Positions 54,401 to 62,039 of a DNA stretch of 64,000 nt are shown piece by piece. Position numbers and translations under genes: made by a program. Source of the stretch: Hydrolagus affinis (Eukaryota). Location: NCBI GenBank assembly GCA_012026655.1, contig JAAILG010000686.1, positions 1 through 64,000 of the forward strand, in the 5' to 3' direction. Every line of letters begins with the position of its first letter. Position 1 is the first letter of the stretch. Under the pieces are notes generated by a model. It did not search any database. It was not told the origin of the DNA and saw only the letters and a program-made list of their open reading frames with translations.

Positions 54401-54725
54401 GAGACATACAGTAACTCTGAGCCAGAGTCAACCATCACATGGTATGCAGGGCAGCCTGAGTCAACCAGTAACTCTAAGCCAGAGTGACAAAGATCAGCAA
54501 GGTGATAGACCCAGCCAGCAGCAACAGTCCACTGAAAGCCAACACCTGAGCCACAGTCAACCAACACAAGGCGTTAATGACAGCAAGACGCAACAAGCTA
54601 CTCAAGATCAACAACTCGACCAGACTTGTAAGGACCCACAGGGTCAGATAGGTTCAACGAGTAGTGGAAGCCCTAGTGGAGATCTAGCATCAACAACAAC
54701 AGCAACAACAAAATTACATTTATAG
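256..54725 (+). CDS. PPIP5K1: Inositol hexakisphosphate and diphosphoinositol-pentakisphosphate kinase 1; spliced CDS of 31 exons, 1501 aa with all exons included
   Basis: Exons translate to near-identical VIP1/PPIP5K motifs, with consistent intron phases and GT-AG ends. Residues diagnostic of PPIP5K1 rather than PPIP5K2: [74 protein letters not shown]. Confidence 0.95.
2086..2430 (-). mobile_element. L2-like LINE 3' fragment
   Basis: ACATTTGTATAGCGCCTTTCAC tail followed by a purine-rich (antisense ORF2-like) body. Confidence 0.7.
2980..3150 (-). mobile_element. SINE 3' tail, same family. Other copies at about 1225-1312+, 4430-4520-, 6465-6520+, 8900-8985-, 12345-12435-, 19245-19348+, 50170-50275+, 52345-52455+, 56750-56925+
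   Basis: (ATA)nATCCTTGCATTTGA...AGACGTCTCAAAGCGCTTTACAGAATAT. Confidence 0.75.
3594..3789 (+). CDS. PPIP5K1: exon 2 ([22 protein letters not shown]...FHSKG)
   Basis: Polypyrimidine tract, cag| acceptor, G|gtgaga donor; conserved peptide. Confidence 0.96.
4128..4218 (+). CDS. PPIP5K1: exon 3 (FPLDKAVAY...YIQDR)
   Basis: ccag| ... AG|gtaagt; conserved peptide. Confidence 0.96.
4627..4712 (+). CDS. PPIP5K1: exon 4 ([28 protein letters not shown])
   Basis: acag| ... G|gttagc; conserved peptide. Confidence 0.96.
4909..5063 (+). CDS. PPIP5K1: exon 5 (ECSLVEG...[14 protein letters not shown]...QRLFRK)
   Basis: gcag| ... AAG|gtatgg; kinase domain motif. Confidence 0.96.
5677..5778 (+). CDS. PPIP5K1: exon 6 (IGSRSS...[15 protein letters not shown])
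   Basis: acag| ... AAG|gtattg; ATP-grasp motif. Confidence 0.96.
5854..6300 (-). mobile_element. L2-like LINE 3' fragment
   Basis: (AAC)n-ATTTATATAGCGCCCTCCATG tail plus purine-rich body. Confidence 0.7.
6673..6834 (+). CDS. PPIP5K1: exon 7 ([17 protein letters not shown]...VCVAFK)
   Basis: ttag| ... AAG|gttcgt; conserved peptide. Confidence 0.96.
6975..7345 (+). mobile_element. Degenerate tRNA-derived DeuSINE-like SINE
   Basis: Head GAGTCAGAGGGTTCAAGCCCCA; Deu-domain-like GGAGGTGCC...ATGAGACATTAAAC...GAAAGGGAGTTT. Confidence 0.7.
7398..7519 (+). CDS. PPIP5K1: exon 8 ([10 protein letters not shown]...[10 protein letters not shown]...AKILG)
   Basis: gcag| ... GG|gtaaga; kinase DVNG motif. 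Confidence 0.96.
8099..8200 (+). CDS. PPIP5K1: exon 9 ([18 protein letters not shown]...TTSGTM)
   Basis: gcag| ... AT|gtaagt. Confidence 0.95.
8301..8387 (+). CDS. PPIP5K1: exon 10, with the phosphatase signature RHGDRTP
   Basis: gcag| ... AA|gttagt; [25 protein letters not shown]. Confidence 0.96.
8777..8852 (+). CDS. PPIP5K1: exon 11 ([25 protein letters not shown])
   Basis: ctag| ... CAG|gtaaaa. Confidence 0.95.
9424..9533 (+). CDS. PPIP5K1: exon 12 (EVLDITR...[11 protein letters not shown])
   Basis: gcag| ... AT|gtaggt. Confidence 0.95.
10366..10451 (+). CDS. PPIP5K1: exon 13 ([12 protein letters not shown]...SSEEE)
   Basis: acag| ... G|gtaaga. Confidence 0.95.
10620..10745 (+). CDS. 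PPIP5K1: exon 14 ([20 protein letters not shown]...YPGGQ)
   Basis: tcag| ... G|gtacag. Confidence 0.95.
12447..12762. mobile_element. Tc1/mariner (Tigger/pogo-like) MITE
   Basis: TIRs CAGGTTGAGCGTCC ... GGACGCTCAACCTG; flanks CA / TA; termini resemble Tigger4/MER46 as recalled. Confidence 0.85.
13695..14055 (-). mobile_element. DeuSINE-like SINE
   Basis: Reverse complement contains the Deu domain (GGATGAGATGTTAAAC...CCATAGCACTATTT) and the family tail. Confidence 0.7.
16125..16279 (+). mobile_element. L2-like LINE 3' fragment
   Basis: GCACCTTGGGACGACCTCCCAACATGAAAGGCACTCTATAAAT. Confidence 0.7.
16860..17110 (-). mobile_element. DeuSINE-like SINE fragment
   Basis: GTTTAACGTCTCATCCAAAGGAC plus (AAT)n tail. 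Confidence 0.65.
17461..17582 (+). CDS. PPIP5K1: exon 15 ([17 protein letters not shown]...AAAFAK)
   Basis: tttcag| ... AAG|gtctgt. Confidence 0.95.
18090..18272 (+). CDS. PPIP5K1: exon 16 ([18 protein letters not shown]...EDYAK)
   Basis: gcag| ... AAG|gtggcg. Confidence 0.95.
18415..18585 (+). mobile_element. Ancient MER131/LmeSINE1-like SINE remnant. Other copies at about 26305-26370+, 42650-42845-, 57360-57435-
   Basis: GTTAGTCGATCTCAGCCAAGGCAG...GGGAGGGGAAAA...CAGGGTTC; the reverse complement of 57381-57400 is GGTGACCCCTGCTGGAAGAT. Confidence 0.5.
18729..18870 (+). CDS. PPIP5K1: exon 17 ([13 protein letters not shown]...EDPKSA)
   Basis: gcag| ... A|gtgagt, phase 1. Confidence 0.93.
19566..19789 (+). 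CDS. PPIP5K1: exon 18 ([20 protein letters not shown]...IIPQ)
   Basis: ccag| ... CAG|gtagag; [15 protein letters not shown] motif. Confidence 0.96.
21968..22095 (+). CDS. PPIP5K1: exon 19 ([13 protein letters not shown]...ESVNKLHPL)
   Basis: atag| ... CT|gtaaga. Confidence 0.95.
22572..22686 (+). CDS. PPIP5K1: exon 20 ([28 protein letters not shown]...LLD)
   Basis: tcag| ... GAT|gtaagt. Confidence 0.96.
23174..23281 (+). CDS. PPIP5K1: exon 21 ([14 protein letters not shown]...[18 protein letters not shown])
   Basis: tcag| ... AAG|gtattc. Confidence 0.96.
24516..24632 (+). CDS. PPIP5K1: exon 22 ([17 protein letters not shown]...GFRPASAE)
   Basis: tcag| ... GAG|gtaagt. Confidence 0.96.
24682..25441. 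mobile_element. Tigger-like non-autonomous DNA transposon (long copy)
   Basis: TIRs CGGTAGAAGCCCATTTATCC ... GGATAAATGGGCTTCTACTG. Confidence 0.85.
25678..25845 (+). CDS. PPIP5K1: exon 23 ([15 protein letters not shown]...RKMGSME)
   Basis: acag| ... GAG|gtaaac; resembles human QGSMENL...RKAGSME as recalled. Confidence 0.92.
26390..26654 (+). mobile_element. L2-like LINE 3' fragment
   Basis: Remnant HLKTLLF-like ORF2 end; GACGTGAAAGGCATTATACAAATG...(TTG)n. Confidence 0.75.
26855..27165 (+). mobile_element. CR1 LINE ORF2 C-terminal fragment
   Basis: Decayed [10 protein letters not shown]...QRVVWIWNA...[16 protein letters not shown], typical of the CR1 ORF2 end. Confidence 0.8.
28247..28399 (+). 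CDS. PPIP5K1: exon 24, probably alternative ([16 protein letters not shown]...ARRRCRSGE...PSWQQ)
   Basis: ttcag| ... CAG|gttttg; 153 nt, phase 0-0, open frame; aligns to the PPIP5K2 segment SSPEGTGTW...GRRRRRSGE...GSWQQ. Confidence 0.8.
30365..30592 (-). mobile_element. SINE 3' half, same family
   Basis: GCATTTGATATAGCACCTTATCACATC...CAGCAGTGTCCCACAAACAGTC. Confidence 0.75.
30746..30839 (+). CDS. PPIP5K1: exon 25 ([15 protein letters not shown]...TEMKQSGLG)
   Basis: gcag| ... G|gtaagg; TEMKQSGLG as in PPIP5K1. Confidence 0.92.
31317..31930 (-). mobile_element. L2-like LINE 3' fragment (~600 bp)
   Basis: ACATCTATATAGCGCCTTTCACGTCGGGAGGATGTCCCAAGG plus long purine-rich body. Confidence 0.75.
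34144..35547 (+). repeat. ~80-bp direct repeat pair (34144-34224 and 35469-35547)
   Basis: CCTTTCCATCAGATTGGTA...GAGGAGATTAAAGTGTTGCAGTGTAAAAA(A)TGCTTTT occurs twice, with few differences. Confidence 0.9.
35267..35395 (+). CDS. PPIP5K1: exon 26 ([31 protein letters not shown]...KD)
   Basis: acag| ... G|gtaggt; conserved peptide. Confidence 0.94.
37404..37520 (-). mobile_element. L2-like 3' tail. Other short tails at about 6875-6925+, 11378-11448+, 15395-15460-, 22812-22871+, 34475-34525+, 44058-44108+, 53257-53318+
   Basis: GCGCCTTTCACGTCGAGAGGACGTCCCAAGGCGCTGTACAG. Confidence 0.7.
40262..40324 (+). CDS. PPIP5K1: exon 27 ([21 protein letters not shown])
   Basis: tcag| ... G|gtatgt; 63 nt; [17 protein letters not shown] conserved. 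Confidence 0.93.
44251..44430 (+). CDS. PPIP5K1: exon 28, probably alternative ([14 protein letters not shown]...[27 protein letters not shown])
   Basis: cccag| ... G|gtatcg; 180 nt, phase 1-1, GC/CpG-rich coding-like island; resembles an insert I recall in long PPIP5K isoforms. Confidence 0.82.
45690..45985 (-). mobile_element. CR1 LINE 3' fragment. Weaker fragments at about 5330-5650- and 20320-20490+
   Basis: The minus-strand ORF contains [16 protein letters not shown]; CR1-like 3' end GGCTGAAT...TTCTATGATTTTATG. Confidence 0.7.
51604..51703. other. Assembly gap (100 N)
   Basis: Run of N. Confidence 1.
52876..53013 (+). CDS. PPIP5K1: exon 29 ([30 protein letters not shown]...)
   Basis: tcag| ... 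G|gtaaat; conserved peptide. Confidence 0.95.
53341..53469 (+). CDS. PPIP5K1: exon 30 (ALSSMFETM...RSDKPAW)
   Basis: acag| ... T|gtgagt; resembles human RSEKPPWY. Confidence 0.9.
54061..54725 (+). CDS. PPIP5K1: terminal coding exon 31 ([17 protein letters not shown]..., Q/S/T-rich tail, TAG)
   Basis: acag| acceptor; continuous with the ORF at 54084-54725. Confidence 0.92.
54290..54490 (+). repeat. 57-nt (19-aa) degenerate coding tandem repeat
   Basis: CAGTAACT recurs at 54295, 54352, 54409 and 54466 (57-nt spacing). Confidence 0.85.
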
Positions 54726-54750
54726 AGCACCTTTCATGTCGGGAGGCGCT
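54690..54750 (-). mobile_element. L2-like 3' tail overlapping the end of the PPIP5K1 CDS
   Basis: Reverse complement CCTCCCGACATGAAAGGTGCTCTATAAATGTAATTTTG(TTG)n is nearly identical to 61005-61056. Confidence 0.85.
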
Positions 54751-57700
54751 CACACAAGCAGATCATTTTTCAGTTACTCACCACCAGTTGTAATGAATCA
54801 ATGGTTTACCAGAGAGAGCATTGGTGTACATTTTATATTTAGTATCTAGTGGTATAGATCTGGTATTGGTACCACTGAAATGACTGACACTGAAGTAAGC
54901 CATTTGCACTCTCCAGATTAGATCTAATCAAGTATGGCTGTGTACTTATACCTCTGACCTCGTGGTTTGTTTCAGTCTGATATTGGAATATGTTAGTATT
55001 GGAATGTGTAGATATATCTGTAATTTGCAAATTTCTTATGCCCTTACCTGTGCACAGAAAACTTATTTCTTTACCCGGTATATTTTGTAAGTTTTACATA
55101 ATTATTTAATGATGGTTTTGTGCAAATCTGAGATGAGTTTAAACCTTGAGATTGAAAGAACTTTTTTTCCAATTATATTCTACAAAAAGTAACCAATCAC
55201 AGCAAAATATGAACGTGTGATGTGTGTCTATAATAAGGTGAACCATTCAAATTAAGATGAGGTTAGCAATTCAATGTTGCATCGATTTGGTGCCTATGAA
55301 CTGAACAAAGTGAGGGTGAAAATGTTGGACAATGGAATATCCTTCCATTTTGCACACGTGATCAGGCAAATTGTGGCTTGTGTGGGATGAGAGAAAGAAC
55401 TGCATCATACTTGAGTGGCCATCAAAACTTTCCAAGAGGAATAACTGAAAAATACTCTGAACATTTTGCATTTAGTTCCTGAAAACTTGTTTTAAAATGT
55501 GTTTTTGTACAAGTGCTGCCAATACATGTTGATTTGAGTGTGACAGGAGTTATCTCACAGGTATGGACCACCATTTATCACCCCACAATGTGTGCTCTTA
55601 GAGATTGAGTAGCACAAATTACCCGTAACAAAAAAAACAATGCAATGCATTTCCTCCAGTGAGCTCCTTACCAAAACCTTAATATAACTACTGATTCCAA
55701 TATTGGTTTTGAAGTCAAGGCGTCATGTGAGATTAATTCAGCCTTTAGGAGCCCTCGAATGCTTCATGATAGTTGAAAACTTCCAGTAACTGTATTTTTT
55801 TTTAACCTATCATTGTATTGCTTTAGTTGGTACAAATTGCAGTTTGAGATGATCAGTGTTATTTGATGTGGATGTTTAACTAAATTTGACGAGCTGACAA
55901 AAATCCTGCACTGGGTCCGTTCACTTGCCAAGTGCTCGTGATATACTGCAAAACGTGTGGCGTTCCATACATGTTTGGAAAGTATAAATGTTTTTGTTTT
56001 CAGTGATGAAATGCACATTGTTCTCAGGCACCAACTGAACTGATGTGAAACGCACAGCAACAGTTGAGCTGGGTTAGGAGGTGAGGTTTTTCCTTCTACC
56101 GCAAGAGGTGATGGCTGCTTCATGGTTGGGACGATTGAAAATTTCAAAGGGACAGCTAACGGTATACGTATATCACAATCAACACCCAGAGGTTTGACCA
56201 CCAGCACTTCAATTCCCTTTAGCAGTTTTGTTTTGCAATGTTTTTCTTTTCAGAAAAACTGTTTCAGAAGAGCTTATGAAACTTGCTAAAAGCATCTGCC
56301 CTCCTACTGATCCTTGCTACAGCAGTGAATAAAAGTGAAAGTGATGTGGTTTGAAGTTTAAAGAAAATACTGATGACGTTTCATAGGGTGATTAATTTCC
56401 ATGTCTGGTTGGTCGGCAGACTTCCTCGTTGCCCAGTGCATGGCGATTTCTTTTAACATTCTAAAACAAGCATGCTACTTTTGACAATTCATACTGACTA
56501 TGGAAGCAGAATTAATATTTTCTCTTTATACACAGCAGGAACCAGCAAGTACAGCAAAAATATGCAGCAAAATTCAATTTGACTTCCTGCTCATGCTCTC
56601 ATAGTCACACACACAATCGTATAATGGCATTATTAATTTTTTATGTACACTATATTTGTTAAAATATTCAAGTGATTAAGGTTATTCTTGAGGCAATGGA
56701 TGCTGCCTTTGCTGGGTATTAGCCACATCAAAAATAATAATAACAATAATAATTTGGTCACTCAATCCACGACTGCTTGTGGGACACTGCTGTGTGCAGT
56801 TGGCTGCCGCATTTTACACATAAAATATACAATCAATTCACTTTGTAGTATATTCTGTGAACCGCCTTGAGACTTCTCGCAGACGTGATAAGGCTCTATA
56901 TCGAACGCAAGGATCATTATTATCAAGTTGTGATATGCTGTCCTCATTGCTGCCTAACTTTATTGAAATTGTGCTGCAATTGTCATAAAATGGGTGGGGC
57001 TGGGAGGGTGGGGTGGGGGGTGGATAGAGTGTACCATTCTAGCCTAAAACAAAAGTGTGAATAAGGGAATTGCTGTTGAGTTTGTTTGTTTGGTTTCCTG
57101 AACCCTAGCTTCTTGAAATTGCCAGAATCCCCTATGGCATAATAATGACCTGGGTGGGTGGCATTAATCAAGGTCACATTATAAGGATGTCGTCACCTGT
57201 GTTTTTATGGTGCAGGGTCCGGGAGGCCCCCCCACACCCCCCACAATTGATGTACAATTAGGTTTGTACAGTGCTGTTGAGTGAGTAGACACAAGCAGTA
57301 ACGTAAGATATGGAGTTGCTCCAGGTTTCTAGACACTCATTTGGTGCCTGATCTTGCACTCAAGCAGCACCCACACACATATCTTCCAGCAGGGGTCACC
57401 GAATCGTGATGAAGAGCTGGGACCCCAGCTGAGATAAGGCTGGCCACAGCGCTTTACATTAAATTTTCACAAAATCTTACCCATTGAATCTAATCAAAAG
57501 TTGAGACTCATAAGCACATAGAGTAGTAGCCAATTAAAACCACTTCCTCTGCAGTGAAAAAGCCAAGATTTAATGATTGATCTGGGGGACTATTTCCACA
57601 GTAAAACTACAAATGGATTATAGAATCATTAAGTACAAGCATTGATAAGTGATTCGTATGTGGAAGCCAGTATGATCAAAGGAAACCAGATACTGCTTTG

Positions 57701-58834
57701 ATGTTTGTTGTTAAATTGTAACAACAGTAATTGTTATGCTTTGGGCAGAATGCTGGTTATACTATTCACTGGGATATGGGTTGCAACATTGCACTGCTGT
57801 TTCAACACATGTACCTCAATGTCAATCACAGCGCATTCAATGAGTTGAAATTCATTCTCCCCAAATCAAATCAGCAAAGCCCCATGACTTTATTTTAAAT
57901 AAACGGTGTTTGCAATTCAGTGTTTGTAAATTGCATTGGCAAAATTTGTAATCATTGCACTGTTCTTATCAACCTAAAAATGTTTTGTTGCACTCTCTGC
58001 TACACTTTCTCTTACGCTGGGATAACAGTTATTTTGATACATTTTAGGTTTTTTTCCCCCAAGACAGCTGTGTTAATTTTGTACACTATGAATGTTTTTG
58101 TGTGTGTTGGATGACGGATGTGATATTAAAAACTTAACAGTTCAAATCAAAGCGGAGTGGACACATCATCATTGTGCAATGGTCCCGCTCAGTATTGTGG
58201 CTGTATCACCTGGCTTTTAAATAAGCAATGTTAAAAGTGAATTTGCTTGTATTGTATGAATGGGATATTAGTGCCGTGTAGAGAGCTTACTATTGACAGC
58301 TTGCTGTTGTAATTTTCAGCAGGGTATGGGAGAGAGGGAAGGAGGAAAGGTGCTTAGCAAATCACAAGTAAACGTTCCATTCAGCACACAAAATAGGTGC
58401 TTGAAACAAAGTCTTGTTTTTATAGACTAATCAAAACTGTAGATAAGTACACAATTGATTGGAAGAAAGCTTCCTTGGTGTGAACATGCCTCAGTCACAT
58501 GCTTATATGCTTTGCACTCCAAGATACTGTATTGGAAAAGCTTCTGTCGTTTTCACTGAATTTACCTATGACTTGTGCTCTGCCACTGTCAAGCTCTCTG
58601 GGATGCTATCCTGTGTGAGGGCGCAATGTAAATACTGAACAAACTTGGTGGTGATGGGTCTACATTTGTGCTGATAGATGAGAGCAATCACTTTTTATAA
58701 ATAACAAAACCTATTTTGTGATCTTTAAACAGAAGCTTGAGAAGATCTTCAAATATTGGGCTGTTTTTAGAATCATGCAATTATCTTAATTTATTGAAAT
58801 ATTTGCCATTGTGTGTTTTTTTTAACAAATCACT

Positions 58835-58840
58835 AATAAA
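58835..58840 (+). terminator. Probable polyadenylation signal of PPIP5K1 (alternative AATAAA at 56328 and 57898)
   Basis: AATAAA preceded by a U-rich tract and followed by a GU/U-rich region. Confidence 0.5.
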
Positions 58841-59204
58841 GCTTAACACAACCAAGTGTTCCTCCTCCCGACTACATGATTTAAAGTCGCCTGTCTTCGC
58901 TTGTTTTCATCTTTCTTATATTTGGTTCACCTTCAGCTGCACCCCATGGGACACTGTAAGTGGAGCAGGACAGAAATGTGTTGTATGGTGCAGGGAATAG
59001 ACTATAATTCCTGCTCTCCAGTCAGAAATGTAATGAATATTAAATAGTGTGTGAAATGTTTGGGACAGTTGCAGCCCAGGTCCTACTGGAAATGGGGAGG
59101 GGGGTCACAGCACAAAACAGCTCCTAATACTTAATTCAGCACTAACTTGGCCATCTCGCTGGAGGAGACCATTGCATGTGGTGTGGGAATCTAGGAGATT
59201 AATA

Positions 59205-59436
59205 AATAGGAACTCGAGTTAGTCGATTGGTAGATAGATCACTTTCTGGGGGGGTAATAATCGCTCCAAACAAAAATGTGGTCACTCAATCCATGACTGA
59301 TTGACACTGCTGTGCTATTGTTTTCCACCCATAAAATGCAGTCAATTCACTTTACAATATATTCTGTGAAGTGCTTTGAGAAGTCTCAATGTGATAAGGC
59401 GCTATATCAAATGTGAGTACAGTATTATTATTATTA
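59205..59436 (+). mobile_element. SINE 3' half (ATCAAATGCAAGG(ATT)n tail family)
   Basis: GTGAAGTGCTTTGAGA...GATAAGGCGCTATATCAAATG...(TTA)n. Confidence 0.75.
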
Positions 59437-60218
59437 GTATTATTTCCTATGACTGGGGCAGAGTAAAGTCAGCTATATTCTGACTGCTTATATTTGGGAG
59501 TGCTCAATGTTGGGAGACTTGACTAAAAATGGAAGATGGTTGTACTCAACACAGGTATTCTTCATTATCACGAGGACCAAAATGTGGTACCCAACTCATA
59601 GGTAACTAAAATATGGGAGTTTGGGATTGTGTGGCTATGAGAGGTTTATGCATTCACTGTGAGGACTGGAATATTTCTGTCCTCTGAGTTCTGTCGATAG
59701 AGAGATTTCATAAATTATCCATGATATCATGTTTGTTTATATAAAATATCTGATCGGGACATTACTGTGGAGACTAAATATCCTGGGGTAATGCAAGCAG
59801 CTTGACTCGATGCAAGCCAGATGAAATGTGTTATAAATAATGCAGGGAGCATCAGACAACCAGAGATTCCACAGAGACACCAGGAAAATCACTCGTTAAG
59901 CAGCAAAAACATATTTGATTGTTAGAAGTGCAGCAGAGTGGTTACATAATAACACTCATTCTAGAACTGGAGGAATTGTCAACTTTGCAATTTTTTGAAA
60001 ATAAAACTATCCAAATCAACTTCATCAAACCATCCAGCCAGCCTGACAAAGACTCTTGAAGGATCAATGGCAACGCTCCAACAATATTAACCCAGAGATC
60101 TGATAGCTATAATAACAAATCAAGAATACAATGAGTATTTACTCTGACTCGGTTTTCAACATTGTTGAGAATTAGCCTAAAAGTCCCCAGTTTCTAGTCA
60201 CTCCAAAGACTGATGGGG

Positions 60219-60430
60219 CAACAACAACAAATTACATTTGTATAGTGCCTTTCCCGTAAGGAGGATGTCCCAAGGTGCTGGACAGTTAGGGATCTGAGCT
60301 GGTGGTTGGGATCATTGGGGGTGGGGTAACGAGGGTGACTGAAGGCATGGTTGATGAGGAGAGTTTTCAGATGGAATTTGAAAGAGATAAGGGAGAGGAT
60401 GAGGCGGAGGGTATGGTAATAAGCCTGGAA
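60219..60430 (-). mobile_element. L2-like LINE 3' fragment
   Basis: (AAC)nAAATTACATTTGTATAGTGCCTTTC; ORF 60194-60502 contains FKFHLKTLL. Confidence 0.75.
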
Positions 60431-60995
60431 TTCTTTTTGGTTGTCTGCAAAACCCGATTGGATCCGGAGAAGAGAGGCCTTGCATTCAGCAATAAGCAGC
60501 ACTCCCTAATAATCTACAGTGTTTTATTAAAACAAGCCTGTAAAACCTTGACATCGTGTTAAACATGACTCTATAAAACCGATTCCTGCGACCCGTTAAC
60601 TCCTTCCCCAACACAAAGAAAGGACTGCGGCTTCACAATCACACAGATCACTAACTTTTACGGCCCTTGCAAAGTCACAGTTTATTCACAAGCCTCAAGT
60701 GGCTCTTGCAGTGTCAACACTCGTAAAGTTTAAAGTGAGTGAACGCCAAAAATCCTGTCGTAGGGCCCTTTTACAAAAAGAATGTCCCCATCCAATGCAG
60801 TCCATTTTTAAGCCAGAATGATTCAGATCAAGGCATATACAATATGGAATTTAGGATTGTCCCAAATTCTTTTCTGCTCTGTTGTGCCTTGTATGTTTAG
60901 GCCAATTATTGCACCTTTGTGCTATTCCCCATTCTTTCCTCAATATGTCTGCCTCCTGAGGACAGTTGATGTCTGCCTCCTGAGGACAGTTGATG

Positions 60996-61056
60996 TTGGG
61001 ACGTCCTCCCGACGTGAAAGGCGCTCTATAAATGTAATTTGTTGTTGTTGTTGTTG
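60996..61056 (+). mobile_element. L2-like 3' tail
   Basis: TTGGGACGTCCTCCCGACGTGAAAGGCGCTCTATAAATGTAATT(TGT)n. Confidence 0.8.
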
Positions 61057-61109
61057 TCTCTAGGCAACGATTTCTGGGCTAACATTTTTTTCTCAGAGAG
61101 ACCCAGGTG

Positions 61110-61416
61110 AGGAGGGACTGGATGGAGGTGCAGTCCTTCAGTTGAGATGTTAAAGCACTGTCCCATCTGCCTCTTCAAGTGGATGTCAAAAATCCCAATG
61201 CGCTACTTGAAAAGAGAAAGGAGTTTCTCCCAGTGCTCTGGTATACAATTCCCCTGATATAATCAGCCATTTACTCCATACTGTTTGTGAGTCATTGTAC
61301 AAATTAGAGCCTTGTTCACCTACAAAATACAATCACTGCGCTTTACACTAAATCCTGTAAGGTGCTTTTGAGATGTCAGCCTGATGTGAAAGGCTCTCTC
61401 AAATACAAGGATTATT
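61110..61416 (+). mobile_element. DeuSINE-like SINE
   Basis: GGAGGTGCAGTCC...GAGATGTTAAA...GTGGATGTCAAAAATCCC...; tail CAAATACAAGGATTATT. Confidence 0.7.
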
Positions 61417-62039
61417 TCAATACTCCAGTCAGTGAGGATTGCTGCAGCTCTGTCTGGCCTGAAAATCTGCCCAACAAGCGGAATGTCCTACTTCTGTGGC
61501 TTTGTGATCCTATAATCTCTACAACTTTTTCAAGGTAAAATGATGAAGCGATTTATTGCTTTGATGGAAACATTTCAGTGTCTAAAAGTGTTTTACATTG
61601 TAAATGATCCCATGCGAATATAGATTGCAGCTCACAGTCCTGAAATGGAATAGAGTGAAGGCGGAATCACCGTAGTTGGAAATAAACATTAATGATTTGC
61701 CGCTGGGGATTTTTTTTAACAGAATGCAACAGAACAAAAGCAGCAACGTACTGAAACTTCAACCGCAGCGGCAAACAGAAACCACCCAGGTGACTGCTCA
61801 GCGACCTCTGATCAGGAGCAGTGCGGAGCAGGATTCAAGCTTCTGCCCACCCCCCACTCGGAGGACTCTTGAATGTTAAAAGCACAGCAAAGCACCTCCA
61901 ATCATTCATTACAAATTGATTCAGCAACAGTCTTATTATCCACCCTTATTATAGTGTAAACATGGGATAATATATCCTCTTGGGAACGCATCCAAGAAAG
62001 GAACCATTAATACTGGTCTTTCTTCTATTATTGAATTTG

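Noticed and set aside
55764-56207. 147-aa minus-strand ORF in the presumed 3' UTR
   Set aside because: Non-ATG start, no recognisable motif or splice support.
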